Both the position numbers and the translations under genes were made by a program. From IMG/VR virus record IMGVR_UViG_3300035145_003920, positions 13,468 through 77,467 of that record: a stretch of 64,000 nucleotides of DNA; one strand, 5' to 3'. Below the pieces are notes generated by a model, which was not told where the DNA came from, did not search any database, and saw nothing but the letters and a program-made list of their open reading frames with translations. This DNA comes from a virus. Numbering within the stretch: position 1 is the stretch's first letter; every line of letters begins with the position of its first letter. This document shows positions 1 through 9,539 of the stretch, piece by piece.

Positions 1-23
1 CAATTGCGTGAAATAAATATGAA

Positions 24-1739
24 CTATCCGTCGCAAGATACACAATCTGCCATTCTTGAACCAAGATCACCCTTGATAACACTGTCAGTTCTTAGGTAAT
101 ATAATGTTTTTATCCCAAGCTTCCACGCCTCTAAATGCACTTGATTTATCCATTTTGGTGAATCATTAGGATCAAATGACAAATTCAAAGATTGAGTTTG
201 GTCAATATATTGCTGCCTTATTGCAGCTTGGCGCACCAATTCTAATTGATTTATCTCAGGAAACGTTAAAAATAATTCTTTTTCGTCAGGAGTTAATACA
301 TTATCTGGTAGATTCATTACTGATCCTCCATCAGCTAACATTTGATCCCACCATTTATCTTTATCTTCTCCTTTTTCAACTAAAATTGATTGTAATACTT
401 TATTTTTTCTAATAAAAGTACCTTTAGCACCATTAAAAGTATAGATATTAGCTGGTAAAGGTTCAATACCTGCTGAAATTCCTCCTGTAATTACTGAATT
501 AGAAACTGTAGGAGCAATTGCTAATAAGTGAGTATTTCTCATTCCTGTTCCTCTACACCATAATGGTTCTCCATATTCTACAGCTAAATCCCTAGATGCT
601 TTTTCTGCTTTAGATCTAATATCTGAAAATATATTATGAGTATGAGCAGTTGAAGCAATTGAATTAAATGGCAATTTCTTTTGTTGTAAAAATGTATGCC
701 AACCCATTACACCTAAACCTAAAGCTCTACCTTTAGAAGCATGTTTATGAGTTCTTTTTAATGAATCTCTACCACTAGATTTATCAATAAATTCTTGCAT
801 TACACCATCTAAAAACCATGTAGCTAATTCTACAGTATCAGTATCTTTCCACTCATCATATTTAGCTAAATTTAAGGATGATAAACAACAAATAAATGAA
901 TGTTCCTCATCTGTAAATAAAGTAATTTCAGAACAAATATTAGTCATTGTTACATCTAAATTATGTAATCTATAAGCAATAGGATTATCTTTATTAACAT
1001 TATCCTTATACATTACATAAGGTTCACCTGTTTCCATTCTTGACTTTAAAATAGTAGCCCAAGTATTCATTGCTTCAGGATCTCTTGTTTCTAACTTACG
1101 CATAAATACATCATCTACAACCACACATTGATGTAAATTTAAACACTGTCTATTAGGATCTCCTTTAGGTCTTCTAATTTGTAAAAATTCATCTATATCT
1201 GGGTGGTTAACATCTAAATTTACAGATGCTGCTCCTCTTCTTACATTACCTTGATTAGTAGCAATAATTGCAGAATCATATATTTTACACCAAGGAACAA
1301 CACCTTCAGATTTCCCATTACCTGTAATTTCTTTCCCACGTGGTCTAATGCGGGATACACTAATACCTACACCCCCACCGGATGCTGTTAGCTTCATTAG
1401 TTCTGCGTTAGTTAAACCGATTCCACGTATAGAATCGGGTGTATCAATACCAAAACATGAAATAGGTAAACCACGATCTGTTCCCATATTTGATAAAACA
1501 GGTGATGCTAAACCAACCCAACCATTCCAAAATAATCTAAAAAATTTATTTGATAGTTCAGGTTTTTTAAGTCTATTAGCTGCGGCGTTTGCAACTCTTC
1601 TATAAGCGGTTTTAACTGTTTCTCCAGGTAATAAGTATCCTTTAGATACTGTTGCTAAAGAAATTTCATCCATCCACTCAGGATATTGTTTTCCCGGTTC
1701 CCAATTTGTATAATCTACTTGTAATGCGTTATTTTCCAT
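24..1739 (-). CDS. nrdA: Ribonucleotide reductase class I alpha subunit (no ATP-cone)
   Basis: Motifs ISCF, GGGVG, TNICSEI (thiyl Cys), APTVSNS, KTLYY and C-terminal CVSCDG; adjacent to nrdB. Confidence 0.97.
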   Translation of the reverse strand: MENNALQVDYTNWEPGKQYPEWMDEISLATVSKGYLLPGETVKTAYRRVANAAANRLKKPELSNKFFRLFWNGWVGLASPVLSNMGTDRGLPISCFGIDTPDSIRGIGLTNAELMKLTASGGGVGISVSRIRPRGKEITGNGKSEGVVPWCKIYDSAIIATNQGNVRRGAASVNLDVNHPDIDEFLQIRRPKGDPNRQCLNLHQCVVVDDVFMRKLETRDPEAMNTWATILKSRMETGEPYVMYKDNVNKDNPIAYRLHNLDVTMTNICSEITLFTDEEHSFICCLSSLNLAKYDEWKDTDTVELATWFLDGVMQEFIDKSSGRDSLKRTHKHASKGRALGLGVMGWHTFLQQKKLPFNSIASTAHTHNIFSDIRSKAEKASRDLAVEYGEPLWCRGTGMRNTHLLAIAPTVSNSVITGGISAGIEPLPANIYTFNGAKGTFIRKNKVLQSILVEKGEDKDKWWDQMLADGGSVMNLPDNVLTPDEKELFLTFPEINQLELVRQAAIRQQYIDQTQSLNLSFDPNDSPKWINQVHLEAWKLGIKTLYYLRTDSVIKGDLGSRMADCVSCDG

Positions 1740-1742
1740 ATT

Positions 1743-2729
1743 TTAAAATAATGATGCTGCGTCCCAATTTTGAACACCTTTACTATAATTTGTTACTCTA
1801 TTTGCAAAGAAATCTGTATGTTGTTTTCCTGCTGATAATGAATCAAACCATTTCATTCTTTGTACTGCTTCAGTATCAATCCCATTTACAATAGGACCAT
1901 ATCCTAAATCTCCCATTTTTGTGTTTACTCTATGTTTGATAAATGATACTAAATCATATTTTGAACATCCTTCTAAATCACCCATTTCATAAACTTTATC
2001 AATAAAATCTAATTCTAATTTTAGGGATAAATGAGCAGCTTCCTCAATTTGTGCCCTTAATTCTGGTGTATCAAATTCAGGATGTTCTTTTAATAATGTT
2101 CTAAATAACCAGCAGCCAGCATTTGAATGTAATGATTCATCTCTAATACTCCATTCTACTATTTGTCCAACTCCTTTAAGTAAATTTCTAAGTTTAAAAG
2201 ATAATAAAACGGCAAATGATGAAAATAAATTTACACCTTCTGTAAAAGCTGAAAAGATAGCTAATGATTTAGCTCTTTCATGCCAGTCAGGAGTACCATC
2301 ATGACTATCTCTTACATTCATAAGAGTTTCAATCTTAGCCATTGTTGTTTCATCTTCTAAAAATTCACTAAAATCATCTAATCCTAATTCTTCATTTAAT
2401 AAAGAATAAGCTTCAGCATGTATCGTTTCAAAAGCACCAAAAGTAACTGCCATTTTAATTACTTCAGGTTTTCTAAACCAAGAAGTTACTAAAGTAGACC
2501 AGTAATCATTTACTACTGTTTCTGTTTGAGCAAAACCTTTAAGGATGGACCCAATTATATTTTTTTCGGTTTTATTTAAGTTTTGTTTCCAATCATTGAC
2601 ATCTGACATCATAGGCACTTCAGTGTGTAACCAATGTGCTTGTTGTTGTTTCATCCAATAATCGTGTGCTTCAGGATACTCGAATGGTTTATAAACGATA
2701 CGTTCCTGCAATAGAGATTTCTTTGCCAT
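1743..2729 (-). CDS. nrdB: Ribonucleotide reductase beta subunit
   Basis: ETIHAEAY, EGVNLFSSF, RDESLH, C-terminal DFFANRVTNY. Confidence 0.97.
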   Translation of the reverse strand: MAKKSLLQERIVYKPFEYPEAHDYWMKQQQAHWLHTEVPMMSDVNDWKQNLNKTEKNIIGSILKGFAQTETVVNDYWSTLVTSWFRKPEVIKMAVTFGAFETIHAEAYSLLNEELGLDDFSEFLEDETTMAKIETLMNVRDSHDGTPDWHERAKSLAIFSAFTEGVNLFSSFAVLLSFKLRNLLKGVGQIVEWSIRDESLHSNAGCWLFRTLLKEHPEFDTPELRAQIEEAAHLSLKLELDFIDKVYEMGDLEGCSKYDLVSFIKHRVNTKMGDLGYGPIVNGIDTEAVQRMKWFDSLSAGKQHTDFFANRVTNYSKGVQNWDAASLF

Positions 2730-2751
2730 GTTTTTAATTTAATGCGTTAAT

Positions 2752-4122
2752 TTATTTTTCTAATTCGAAAAACTTTTTTCTTAATAACTGTTTATCAAAA
2801 GTATCAACATCAGTATCAAACTTATTAGATTGAGATGGTGGAGCGAGTTGTTCATTGTCCTCGCTATCTTGGTAATCAAATACTTCGAAGTGACCTGTTG
2901 AAGTATCTGCATTTACAGAAAAAGTGAGACCATCCATCCCGTATCTATTTTTCATAATATGATATCTACCAGTATTATTTACTTTATCTTCTTTTTTACG
3001 AGAAAGAGACATCGCGAAATCAGAAATCATCATCTTATCATATGATCCTGCTGCTTTATCTCCTTCAATTATTTTATCTTGAGCTCCCGCTCTATTTACC
3101 TGCGAAACTGACCAAATAGGAATGTCTAGCTGCCTAGCAAGGCCTTTTGTGCTTGTATAAATATCATCAATTTCGTCCTTACGCTCACGATTTTTCTTTC
3201 TTGATGAAAGTAAATCAACGTAATCAATTATAACCATATCAGGTTTAATTCCCATTCCTGAGCATTTGTTAATATGAGATTCTATTGTTGAGATAGTCGC
3301 ACGTCCTGTTGGAAATTCTTTAATTATTAACTGTCCTGGCAATTGGGGAATTGTTTCTTCTACTTTATCTCTAAATGAATCTATTTTATTAACTGGTACT
3401 TTGGTAAAGAAAGCGTCATATCTTTTACCAACATAATCTTCTCCTAATTCAAGTGTATAATGAAGTACATTATATCCTAATCTAACAGCATAACCTCCTA
3501 AGGCAACAAGAGACCACGATTTACCACCTCCAGGATTACCAAAGATAAGACCAAAATCTCCGTTTCCAAGTCCACCTTGTAATAAACCATTAATACGTTC
3601 CCAAGGTGTTGGTATAGTTGTTCTTGAATTTTCTCTATACCTTTCTTCAATGTCTTTAATATACTCATGTCCTATATTTTTATCTTGGCCTGCTTTTAAA
3701 GCATTATCAATTAAAAAACGAATACCATCAAAATCACCTCCTTTAAGTAAATCAACAGAAGACATTAATGCCTTTTTTAATTGTTGATTTCTACAAAAGT
3801 TAGTAAATTCTTCTTGTACATATTCTAAATCCTCATCTGAAGTAACATATGCTTCTTTAAGTTGTTCTTTAATAGATATTTGTAATACTTCATTATCTAC
3901 TTTTTGTAATTCAACTTTTAATATATCTAATGAAGGAGTAGTATGATATTTGTCATAATAATTTAAAATTTCTTTAATAGCCCATTTTTGAGCTGGGTTT
4001 TCAAAATATTCTTCACTTATAATATCGTGAATGTTAGTTAAAAATTCTTTATGTGTTAATAAAGAAGATAAAACCTTTATTTGAAATTCGTGTCCGTATT
4101 GATTTATACTATTGAGTGTCAA
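2752..4122 (-). CDS. Replicative DnaB/T4 gp41-like helicase
   Basis: Walker A GNPGGGKS, TLELGE, IIDYVDL, SQVNR, KNRYG. Confidence 0.93.
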   Translation of the reverse strand: MTLNSINQYGHEFQIKVLSSLLTHKEFLTNIHDIISEEYFENPAQKWAIKEILNYYDKYHTTPSLDILKVELQKVDNEVLQISIKEQLKEAYVTSDEDLEYVQEEFTNFCRNQQLKKALMSSVDLLKGGDFDGIRFLIDNALKAGQDKNIGHEYIKDIEERYRENSRTTIPTPWERINGLLQGGLGNGDFGLIFGNPGGGKSWSLVALGGYAVRLGYNVLHYTLELGEDYVGKRYDAFFTKVPVNKIDSFRDKVEETIPQLPGQLIIKEFPTGRATISTIESHINKCSGMGIKPDMVIIDYVDLLSSRKKNRERKDEIDDIYTSTKGLARQLDIPIWSVSQVNRAGAQDKIIEGDKAAGSYDKMMISDFAMSLSRKKEDKVNNTGRYHIMKNRYGMDGLTFSVNADTSTGHFEVFDYQDSEDNEQLAPPSQSNKFDTDVDTFDKQLLRKKFFELEK

Positions 4123-5159
4123 TCTTTATAACCTTTAAATTGTGAAAATATATCTTTTAACCAAATATCTAAATTTCTAATCATTCCCCCTAATTGATCT
4201 TCATTATAAAATTGAATAAACATATCAGGATTAAATTCTGGGAATTCAGAACTGATTACATCATCCAAATATTCATCTTCTCTTTCATCAATCATAGGAG
4301 TTCCAAGATCCATAACTTTAAAACTTGTTTCAATTCTATCTTGATCTTGAATCACTCTAGAATATACAACATGGTCTTTGAATTTCCTAGTAGAAATTTC
4401 AAAAATGTCATCTAATGTTAAATCTCTTTCTTGTAATTCAGGGAATTTTTTAAATATACCTTTTGCACCTAATCCTTTAACTCCCGGAATATTATCTGAA
4501 TTATCTCCAAGTAATGTTTTATATAAGATAAAGTTTTGGGGAGATACACCAAATTTTTCTTTTACTGCTTGAGGTGTATAATATTCTTTTTCCATTGGTC
4601 TATATAAAATAATTTTATCAGTAACCAATTGAACAAAATCTTTATCAGATGATACAATAAAACATGTAGAATTATGTTTTTTAACTAATTTCTTTGCTAA
4701 TACAGCTATAATGTCATCAGCTTCTACTTTATCAATTATAGTAGTTTTAACAGGTAATAATTTTAAATATTGAATTACTCTAACTATTTGGTCTACTTTA
4801 GAATCATGTTCTTCTTCTAAATTATCAAATGCATCCCAATTAGTAACTCGTTGTAAATTCCTTCCTCCTTTGTATTCGGAGAGCAGGTTCTTCCGGTTGG
4901 CAGTCGAACCCGCTCCATCGAATACTACATAAACAGAGGTTGGTTGGGTTTGTCTAATCATGGCACCTAAAGAGCGAAAGAATCCACCTAACCCACCAAT
5001 GTGAACTCCATCAGGATTGACCATATTCATCATAGCAAAGTTCCTAAAAAATAGATTTAATCCATCTATTAATAATACTTTATCATGTTTTTTTAATATA
5101 GTTTCCTCCCCTTGTTCTTGGACTTCGTCCAACAACTTAAATAACTCTTTGTGCTTCAT
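4119..5159 (-). CDS. 5'-3' exonuclease / T4 RNase H-like flap endonuclease
   Basis: LLIDGLN, VFDG, EADDII, SSDKDF, GDNSDNIPGVKGLG. Confidence 0.95.
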   Translation of the reverse strand: MKHKELFKLLDEVQEQGEETILKKHDKVLLIDGLNLFFRNFAMMNMVNPDGVHIGGLGGFFRSLGAMIRQTQPTSVYVVFDGAGSTANRKNLLSEYKGGRNLQRVTNWDAFDNLEEEHDSKVDQIVRVIQYLKLLPVKTTIIDKVEADDIIAVLAKKLVKKHNSTCFIVSSDKDFVQLVTDKIILYRPMEKEYYTPQAVKEKFGVSPQNFILYKTLLGDNSDNIPGVKGLGAKGIFKKFPELQERDLTLDDIFEISTRKFKDHVVYSRVIQDQDRIETSFKVMDLGTPMIDEREDEYLDDVISSEFPEFNPDMFIQFYNEDQLGGMIRNLDIWLKDIFSQFKGYKD

Positions 5160-5162
5160 AAT

Positions 5163-6236
5163 TTATTCTGGTTCTTTTTCGAACTGAGAGATATCATTTA
5201 CTTCTTGATCCTCTTCTACTACTTGGAAATCCATCCCACCTAATACTTTAGCCCAATCTTTAGCATGATTAGTTTTGTATTTTTTAAGTTCATTTGGATC
5301 ATCATTAATAAAACCATGAGGTGTCATTACAATTCTACCTCTAGTAGTAACACCATTAATATGATTTTTATCAATTTGTAGATTAGTTCTTTTAGCAAAT
5401 TCAACTTGCTTACCATCTTTAATTGCTTTAATTTTAGATGTTCCAGCAGTCATAATATTACCAAATGTAACTACAAATGTTGAATCAAACCACATTGCAT
5501 AACCTCCTTTATTCATCAACTTAGGTTGACCCATTGGAGATTCTGGTTTTAATGTCCAAACTTTATTTACACATACTAATGTATTAGTAAATGGTGAAGA
5601 TTCCTTTCTCGATAATGTAATCTTTTGATTAACATTATTTCCAAATTGGGTTGACATAGCACCTGCATTCCACTCATTATTATTTTTATTTGATTTAAGT
5701 GACATTTCACAAGGTACAGAACCAATACTATCCCATAAGAATAATAAGTCATAAGGTAAATTACCTTTCTTTTGTTCGTCCATTAAATCTAAGATAAATG
5801 CTGCTACGTCTTCAATTGAATTAATAGTTTCTCTATCAACATAAATAAAATTACCTTCATAATCAATAATTTCACCATTGTCATCTCGAGTAATATTAAT
5901 ATCAAGACCCATCTGAATAGCATGCTCCCAATTCCACTTCATCTCAGTAATGATGAAGACTGGCAGTACCCCATTATTCTGAGCGGATACTGCAGCTTCA
6001 ATCATTGCTGTTGTCTTACCAGTGTCAGAATGACCTCTAAGTAAAACAATGTGACCCATAGGAATTCCAGGTACGGAAGTAACATCACTAAAGGCCTGTG
6101 AAAGGGGAATCCATTCTTGGTCTTTAAATTTGATATTCTTATCTAAACCTTTTTTATTTTTAAAGGCATTAAGATCAAATTTAGATTGTATCTCAGCAGA
6201 CACTGCTGCTGATAATGATTTGCTTTTTCTAGGCAT
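5163..6236 (-). CDS. RecA/UvsX-like recombinase
   Basis: P-loop GHSDTGKT, WDSIGS, KGG motif, position in replication module. Confidence 0.85.
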   Translation of the reverse strand: MPRKSKSLSAAVSAEIQSKFDLNAFKNKKGLDKNIKFKDQEWIPLSQAFSDVTSVPGIPMGHIVLLRGHSDTGKTTAMIEAAVSAQNNGVLPVFIITEMKWNWEHAIQMGLDINITRDDNGEIIDYEGNFIYVDRETINSIEDVAAFILDLMDEQKKGNLPYDLLFLWDSIGSVPCEMSLKSNKNNNEWNAGAMSTQFGNNVNQKITLSRKESSPFTNTLVCVNKVWTLKPESPMGQPKLMNKGGYAMWFDSTFVVTFGNIMTAGTSKIKAIKDGKQVEFAKRTNLQIDKNHINGVTTRGRIVMTPHGFINDDPNELKKYKTNHAKDWAKVLGGMDFQVVEEDQEVNDISQFEKEPE

Positions 6237-6238
6237 AA

Positions 6239-7075
6239 TTAAAATGGTAAATCGTCAACTTTTTCCTTTTTCTCATCAAACAAACTATCAAATTCATCTG
6301 TTTTTGATTGTTTTGCTTTAGAAGTATCTAAACTAAAATTCGAGGTCGGCTTATCATCAAATGATTCAGCTGGCTCTGAAACAATATCTCCTTCTTCAGC
6401 AGCATCATCAGGTGATAACCACTTTTCTAAAGCAGACTTCATTTCATCAAACGAATATCTCTTAAATAATTCTTCAGGATTTGGTTGAGTTTTTAACCAT
6501 TCTTGAACTTTACTAGAATCTTCACTAAGTGCAGATGTTTTAAGTCTAACTCTTACTGATGACTTATTGTAAGGAGTACCTGTTGACTCTGGTCCTACAG
6601 TTTCTACTGTTAAATCTCTACCACCAGATACATCTGTGTAATCTCCGATTTCTTCATCTACAGCAAGCGCTAATAGCTCTTCATAAACTTGCTTACCAAA
6701 TTGCCATAGTCTAACACCTTTATCTTCCTCACCTCTAACAATTACAGGAGCAAAGATTCTAGTTTTAGCATCAAGCTTTTTAGCTAGAATATAATTTTCC
6801 TTATTATACTCTTCTCTAAGTTTTTGAGCAAATAAATAAATAGGGTCTTTTTCACCGAAGTTAAGTGGTGAAATCATAACCTTATTTGTAATCCCATAAT
6901 AGAACTTTAGTTCCTTAAATGGGTTTGAAGAATTATACGCTGATGGTACAATCCTTACTTGTTGTTTACCCACAGTTGGTCTCCAGAAAATTGTTGTATA
7001 ATCTGTTTTTTGACCACTTGAGTTTGATTTTTGTTGGAGTCCGTCCAACTTCTGTTTAAGTAATGATAAATCCAT
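6239..7075 (-). CDS. Single-stranded DNA-binding protein (gp32-like)
   Basis: FWRP..VRIVP, VRLWQFGK, GRDL, acidic tail ending DDLPF. Confidence 0.85.
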   Translation of the reverse strand: MDLSLLKQKLDGLQQKSNSSGQKTDYTTIFWRPTVGKQQVRIVPSAYNSSNPFKELKFYYGITNKVMISPLNFGEKDPIYLFAQKLREEYNKENYILAKKLDAKTRIFAPVIVRGEEDKGVRLWQFGKQVYEELLALAVDEEIGDYTDVSGGRDLTVETVGPESTGTPYNKSSVRVRLKTSALSEDSSKVQEWLKTQPNPEELFKRYSFDEMKSALEKWLSPDDAAEEGDIVSEPAESFDDKPTSNFSLDTSKAKQSKTDEFDSLFDEKKEKVDDLPF

Positions 7076-7102
7076 AATTTATAACTATTTTTAAATGTAA
7101 CT

Positions 7103-7134
7103 CTAATATACGAACCAAAATTTGGGGAGCCAAA
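7103..7134 (-). promoter_or_regulatory. Bacteroidota-type -33/-7 promoter (SSB operon)
   Basis: TTTG-N20-TATATTAG. Confidence 0.75.
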
Positions 7135-7602
7135 CTATAGTTCAATAATCTTAAAAATCTTTGTATTTAATTGATTTAGCTCGTTATGTTGAGTAAGTAA
7201 GATACAATTTCTGTAGTGTTGCCAATCAATTCTGAATTTGGTATCAACGACGCCACCATTTAGCTTCTTAATTAACTCATTTAAAGCATTAATCGTATAC
7301 AAAGTATTTGATTCTTTTTTTCTATGCACCAATATAGTATTCTCAGGTATGGTACTCACGTTAGCTTGTTCAACATTGTAAGTCACAACATATTCTTCTT
7401 TACCAACAATCTCTAAAACAAAGAGTTTGTTGTAAATAATTTCATATTGTGATTTGATATCCTCTATAAGAGTGTCAAGACCTTCTAAATTTGTAAAGGT
7501 GCAAAATAATTTATTATTCAAGTCGCTTAAATTTTGTATGGTTGTTATAACGTCATATTCCGCGTTATACGTATTAAGCTCTCTATCCAAAGTTGTAATC
7601 AT
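7135..7602 (-). CDS. Hypothetical protein; true start may be the TTG before NNKLFCTF (~7521)
   Basis: Fills the gap between polymerase and SSB; a promoter-like ATACGTATAA lies inside the annotated 5' end. Confidence 0.7.
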   Translation of the reverse strand: MITTLDRELNTYNAEYDVITTIQNLSDLNNKLFCTFTNLEGLDTLIEDIKSQYEIIYNKLFVLEIVGKEEYVVTYNVEQANVSTIPENTILVHRKKESNTLYTINALNELIKKLNGGVVDTKFRIDWQHYRNCILLTQHNELNQLNTKIFKIIEL

Positions 7603-8851
7603 AACCTTCTATCTCTTTAATATTTAATTTATATTTTTTGAAAATATTTCTAATATCTTCTAAAAGTTTGGATTCATTTTCATCAAAATCGAATAAGAAT
7701 GAATCATATGTATACAACACTAATTTTGTTTTGTGTTGCTTTAATGTACAAAATATATCCCACAAAATCAACGTATTTAAAGACGTTTCCATATTTTGTA
7801 GTATATAATTAAACAGTTTTTGCGGCTTCATATTTTCCAATTCATCCTTCGTATATACAAAGTTTGAAATAGGACATTCTACAAACCCCTCACTATTAAA
7901 TTTTTTCCAGGCTTCATCTATAAATCCTTGAACTTTTTGAAAGAACTCAAGATGTCTATAATTTTCGAAAACTCCCCCATAAAGCTGTTTAAAAGTAAGC
8001 TCTTTCGATTTTTTGTAATCCACTTTATATAGGGCAGCAAAATGAGAGTGAATATCACTAGTGGGAAAGCTATAATTAACGAGGCGAGCAGCCAAACTAG
8101 GATGGTAAGCAGAGATATCAATTTCCACAAATTTAGTATTACGAGGAATAAAACTCTTTCTACATCCGTTTTCTTTATTAAGTGCGGCATAATTTACATT
8201 TTTAAATTTATTTGATGGTCTTGTTGTAGTTGTTTTTAAGTTGTACTGAGTGTAAACTCGTTCACCATCAATGGTATGGAAGTATCCTTCGAAGGTAGGA
8301 ACGTGTACTTGAAGTCCACTTCGCTCGATAGCGTTGAATACCACGGATACTCTACTGTTATAGAATTCATTATATTTTGTTTTTTCATTATTAATATTAT
8401 TTTTTAGATCTTCCCAAATCATCTCACACATTTCATAGTGTTTAACAATTGGGATAATTTTATTTAACTCCGGATTATCACTATGTTGTCTATAATATAA
8501 TTCATGAGTTGATGTTGTAGGTCGTATATACGTAGTAGGTGGTATATTGATGTCATAGAGCTCTTTTAGGCAAAAATAATGCAATATCTCCTTTTTATCT
8601 CTACAATATAACTTTTCATACTTACTTAGTATTTCGTTTATACACGTATTTGCTCCATTAAATGTCTCACTATGGTCAACACATAACATAAACCCCTTAC
8701 TTGCTAGTAATGGCCTAATATACACCAATGACACACTATTTTGTGCCGGGTGTATTTTATCGTTAAATGGGATTATTTCAATAAATGCTTCTTTATAACC
8801 ACTATTGTAAAAACCCTTTAACTGCTCTTCATTTTCTATAAGCCAGTACAT
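7583..8851 (-). CDS. Reduced, atypical family A DNA polymerase
   Basis: TTRPSN..N (motif 2), EIDISAYH (motif A), KELTFKQLYG (motif B), NYILQ, LYTYDSFLFD (motif C). Confidence 0.8.
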   Translation of the reverse strand: MYWLIENEEQLKGFYNSGYKEAFIEIIPFNDKIHPAQNSVSLVYIRPLLASKGFMLCVDHSETFNGANTCINEILSKYEKLYCRDKKEILHYFCLKELYDINIPPTTYIRPTTSTHELYYRQHSDNPELNKIIPIVKHYEMCEMIWEDLKNNINNEKTKYNEFYNSRVSVVFNAIERSGLQVHVPTFEGYFHTIDGERVYTQYNLKTTTTRPSNKFKNVNYAALNKENGCRKSFIPRNTKFVEIDISAYHPSLAARLVNYSFPTSDIHSHFAALYKVDYKKSKELTFKQLYGGVFENYRHLEFFQKVQGFIDEAWKKFNSEGFVECPISNFVYTKDELENMKPQKLFNYILQNMETSLNTLILWDIFCTLKQHKTKLVLYTYDSFLFDFDENESKLLEDIRNIFKKYKLNIKEIEGYDYNFG

Positions 8852-8864
8852 AAAACCTTTTTCG

Positions 8865-8896
8865 ACAATATAAAACCTCTATTTAGCCCCTCCAAT
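8865..8896 (-). promoter_or_regulatory. Bacteroidota-type promoter (polymerase)
   Basis: ATTG-N20-TATATTGT. Confidence 0.55.
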
Positions 8897-9539
8897 ATTT
8901 ATCAAACTTTCCTTTAAATGAGAGTTTGAATCCATAAAGTTTTTGTTTTTGTTCACTTAAAGCTACTATTGATTCATTACGGTTGTATACTTCTTCTTTA
9001 CTACCTTTTAAATTCCATCCAATTTTTATTGGAACATATAAATTATAATCAACAGAAGGATCTAAATCTAAAAATAAGCGATATTCTTCAAGTGATACTT
9101 CAATAAATTGGCTTTCATTTCCTTTTTTAATAAAATATCTTTCAAAAATACCTCTGTTATAATCTTCTTCTGTTGGATAGGGAATTGATTTAATTGGAGG
9201 TCTAGGTGCATCTCCTCTATCTTTTATTTTTCTAGAAGCATAATAATCAGCATCTTCAATATACATGTTTACTCCTCTAGGTTCATTATGAGCTACTCTT
9301 TTAAAAGAAGATTTGTTATTTTTAGGATTAACTGTTGGGTTTGATAATTCGGATTCTGATGGTTTAATAACTTCTAATGGTTCGCTATTTTTTTGATTTG
9401 GGTTAGTACCTGAATAGAAGCTTCCATCAGCTGTTTTATAATAAGCACCAATATATTCTTCAAATGGGGTTCTAATATATTTTAATTCACCTCCATTTGT
9501 ATAAAGATCTGTTACTATTTGATGTTGTGGGTAATACAT
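8883..9539 (-). CDS. Hypothetical protein (end of baseplate operon)
   Basis: 218-aa ORF abutting the hub gene. Confidence 0.75.
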   Translation of the reverse strand: MYYPQHQIVTDLYTNGGELKYIRTPFEEYIGAYYKTADGSFYSGTNPNQKNSEPLEVIKPSESELSNPTVNPKNNKSSFKRVAHNEPRGVNMYIEDADYYASRKIKDRGDAPRPPIKSIPYPTEEDYNRGIFERYFIKKGNESQFIEVSLEEYRLFLDLDPSVDYNLYVPIKIGWNLKGSKEEVYNRNESIVALSEQKQKLYGFKLSFKGKFDKYWRG

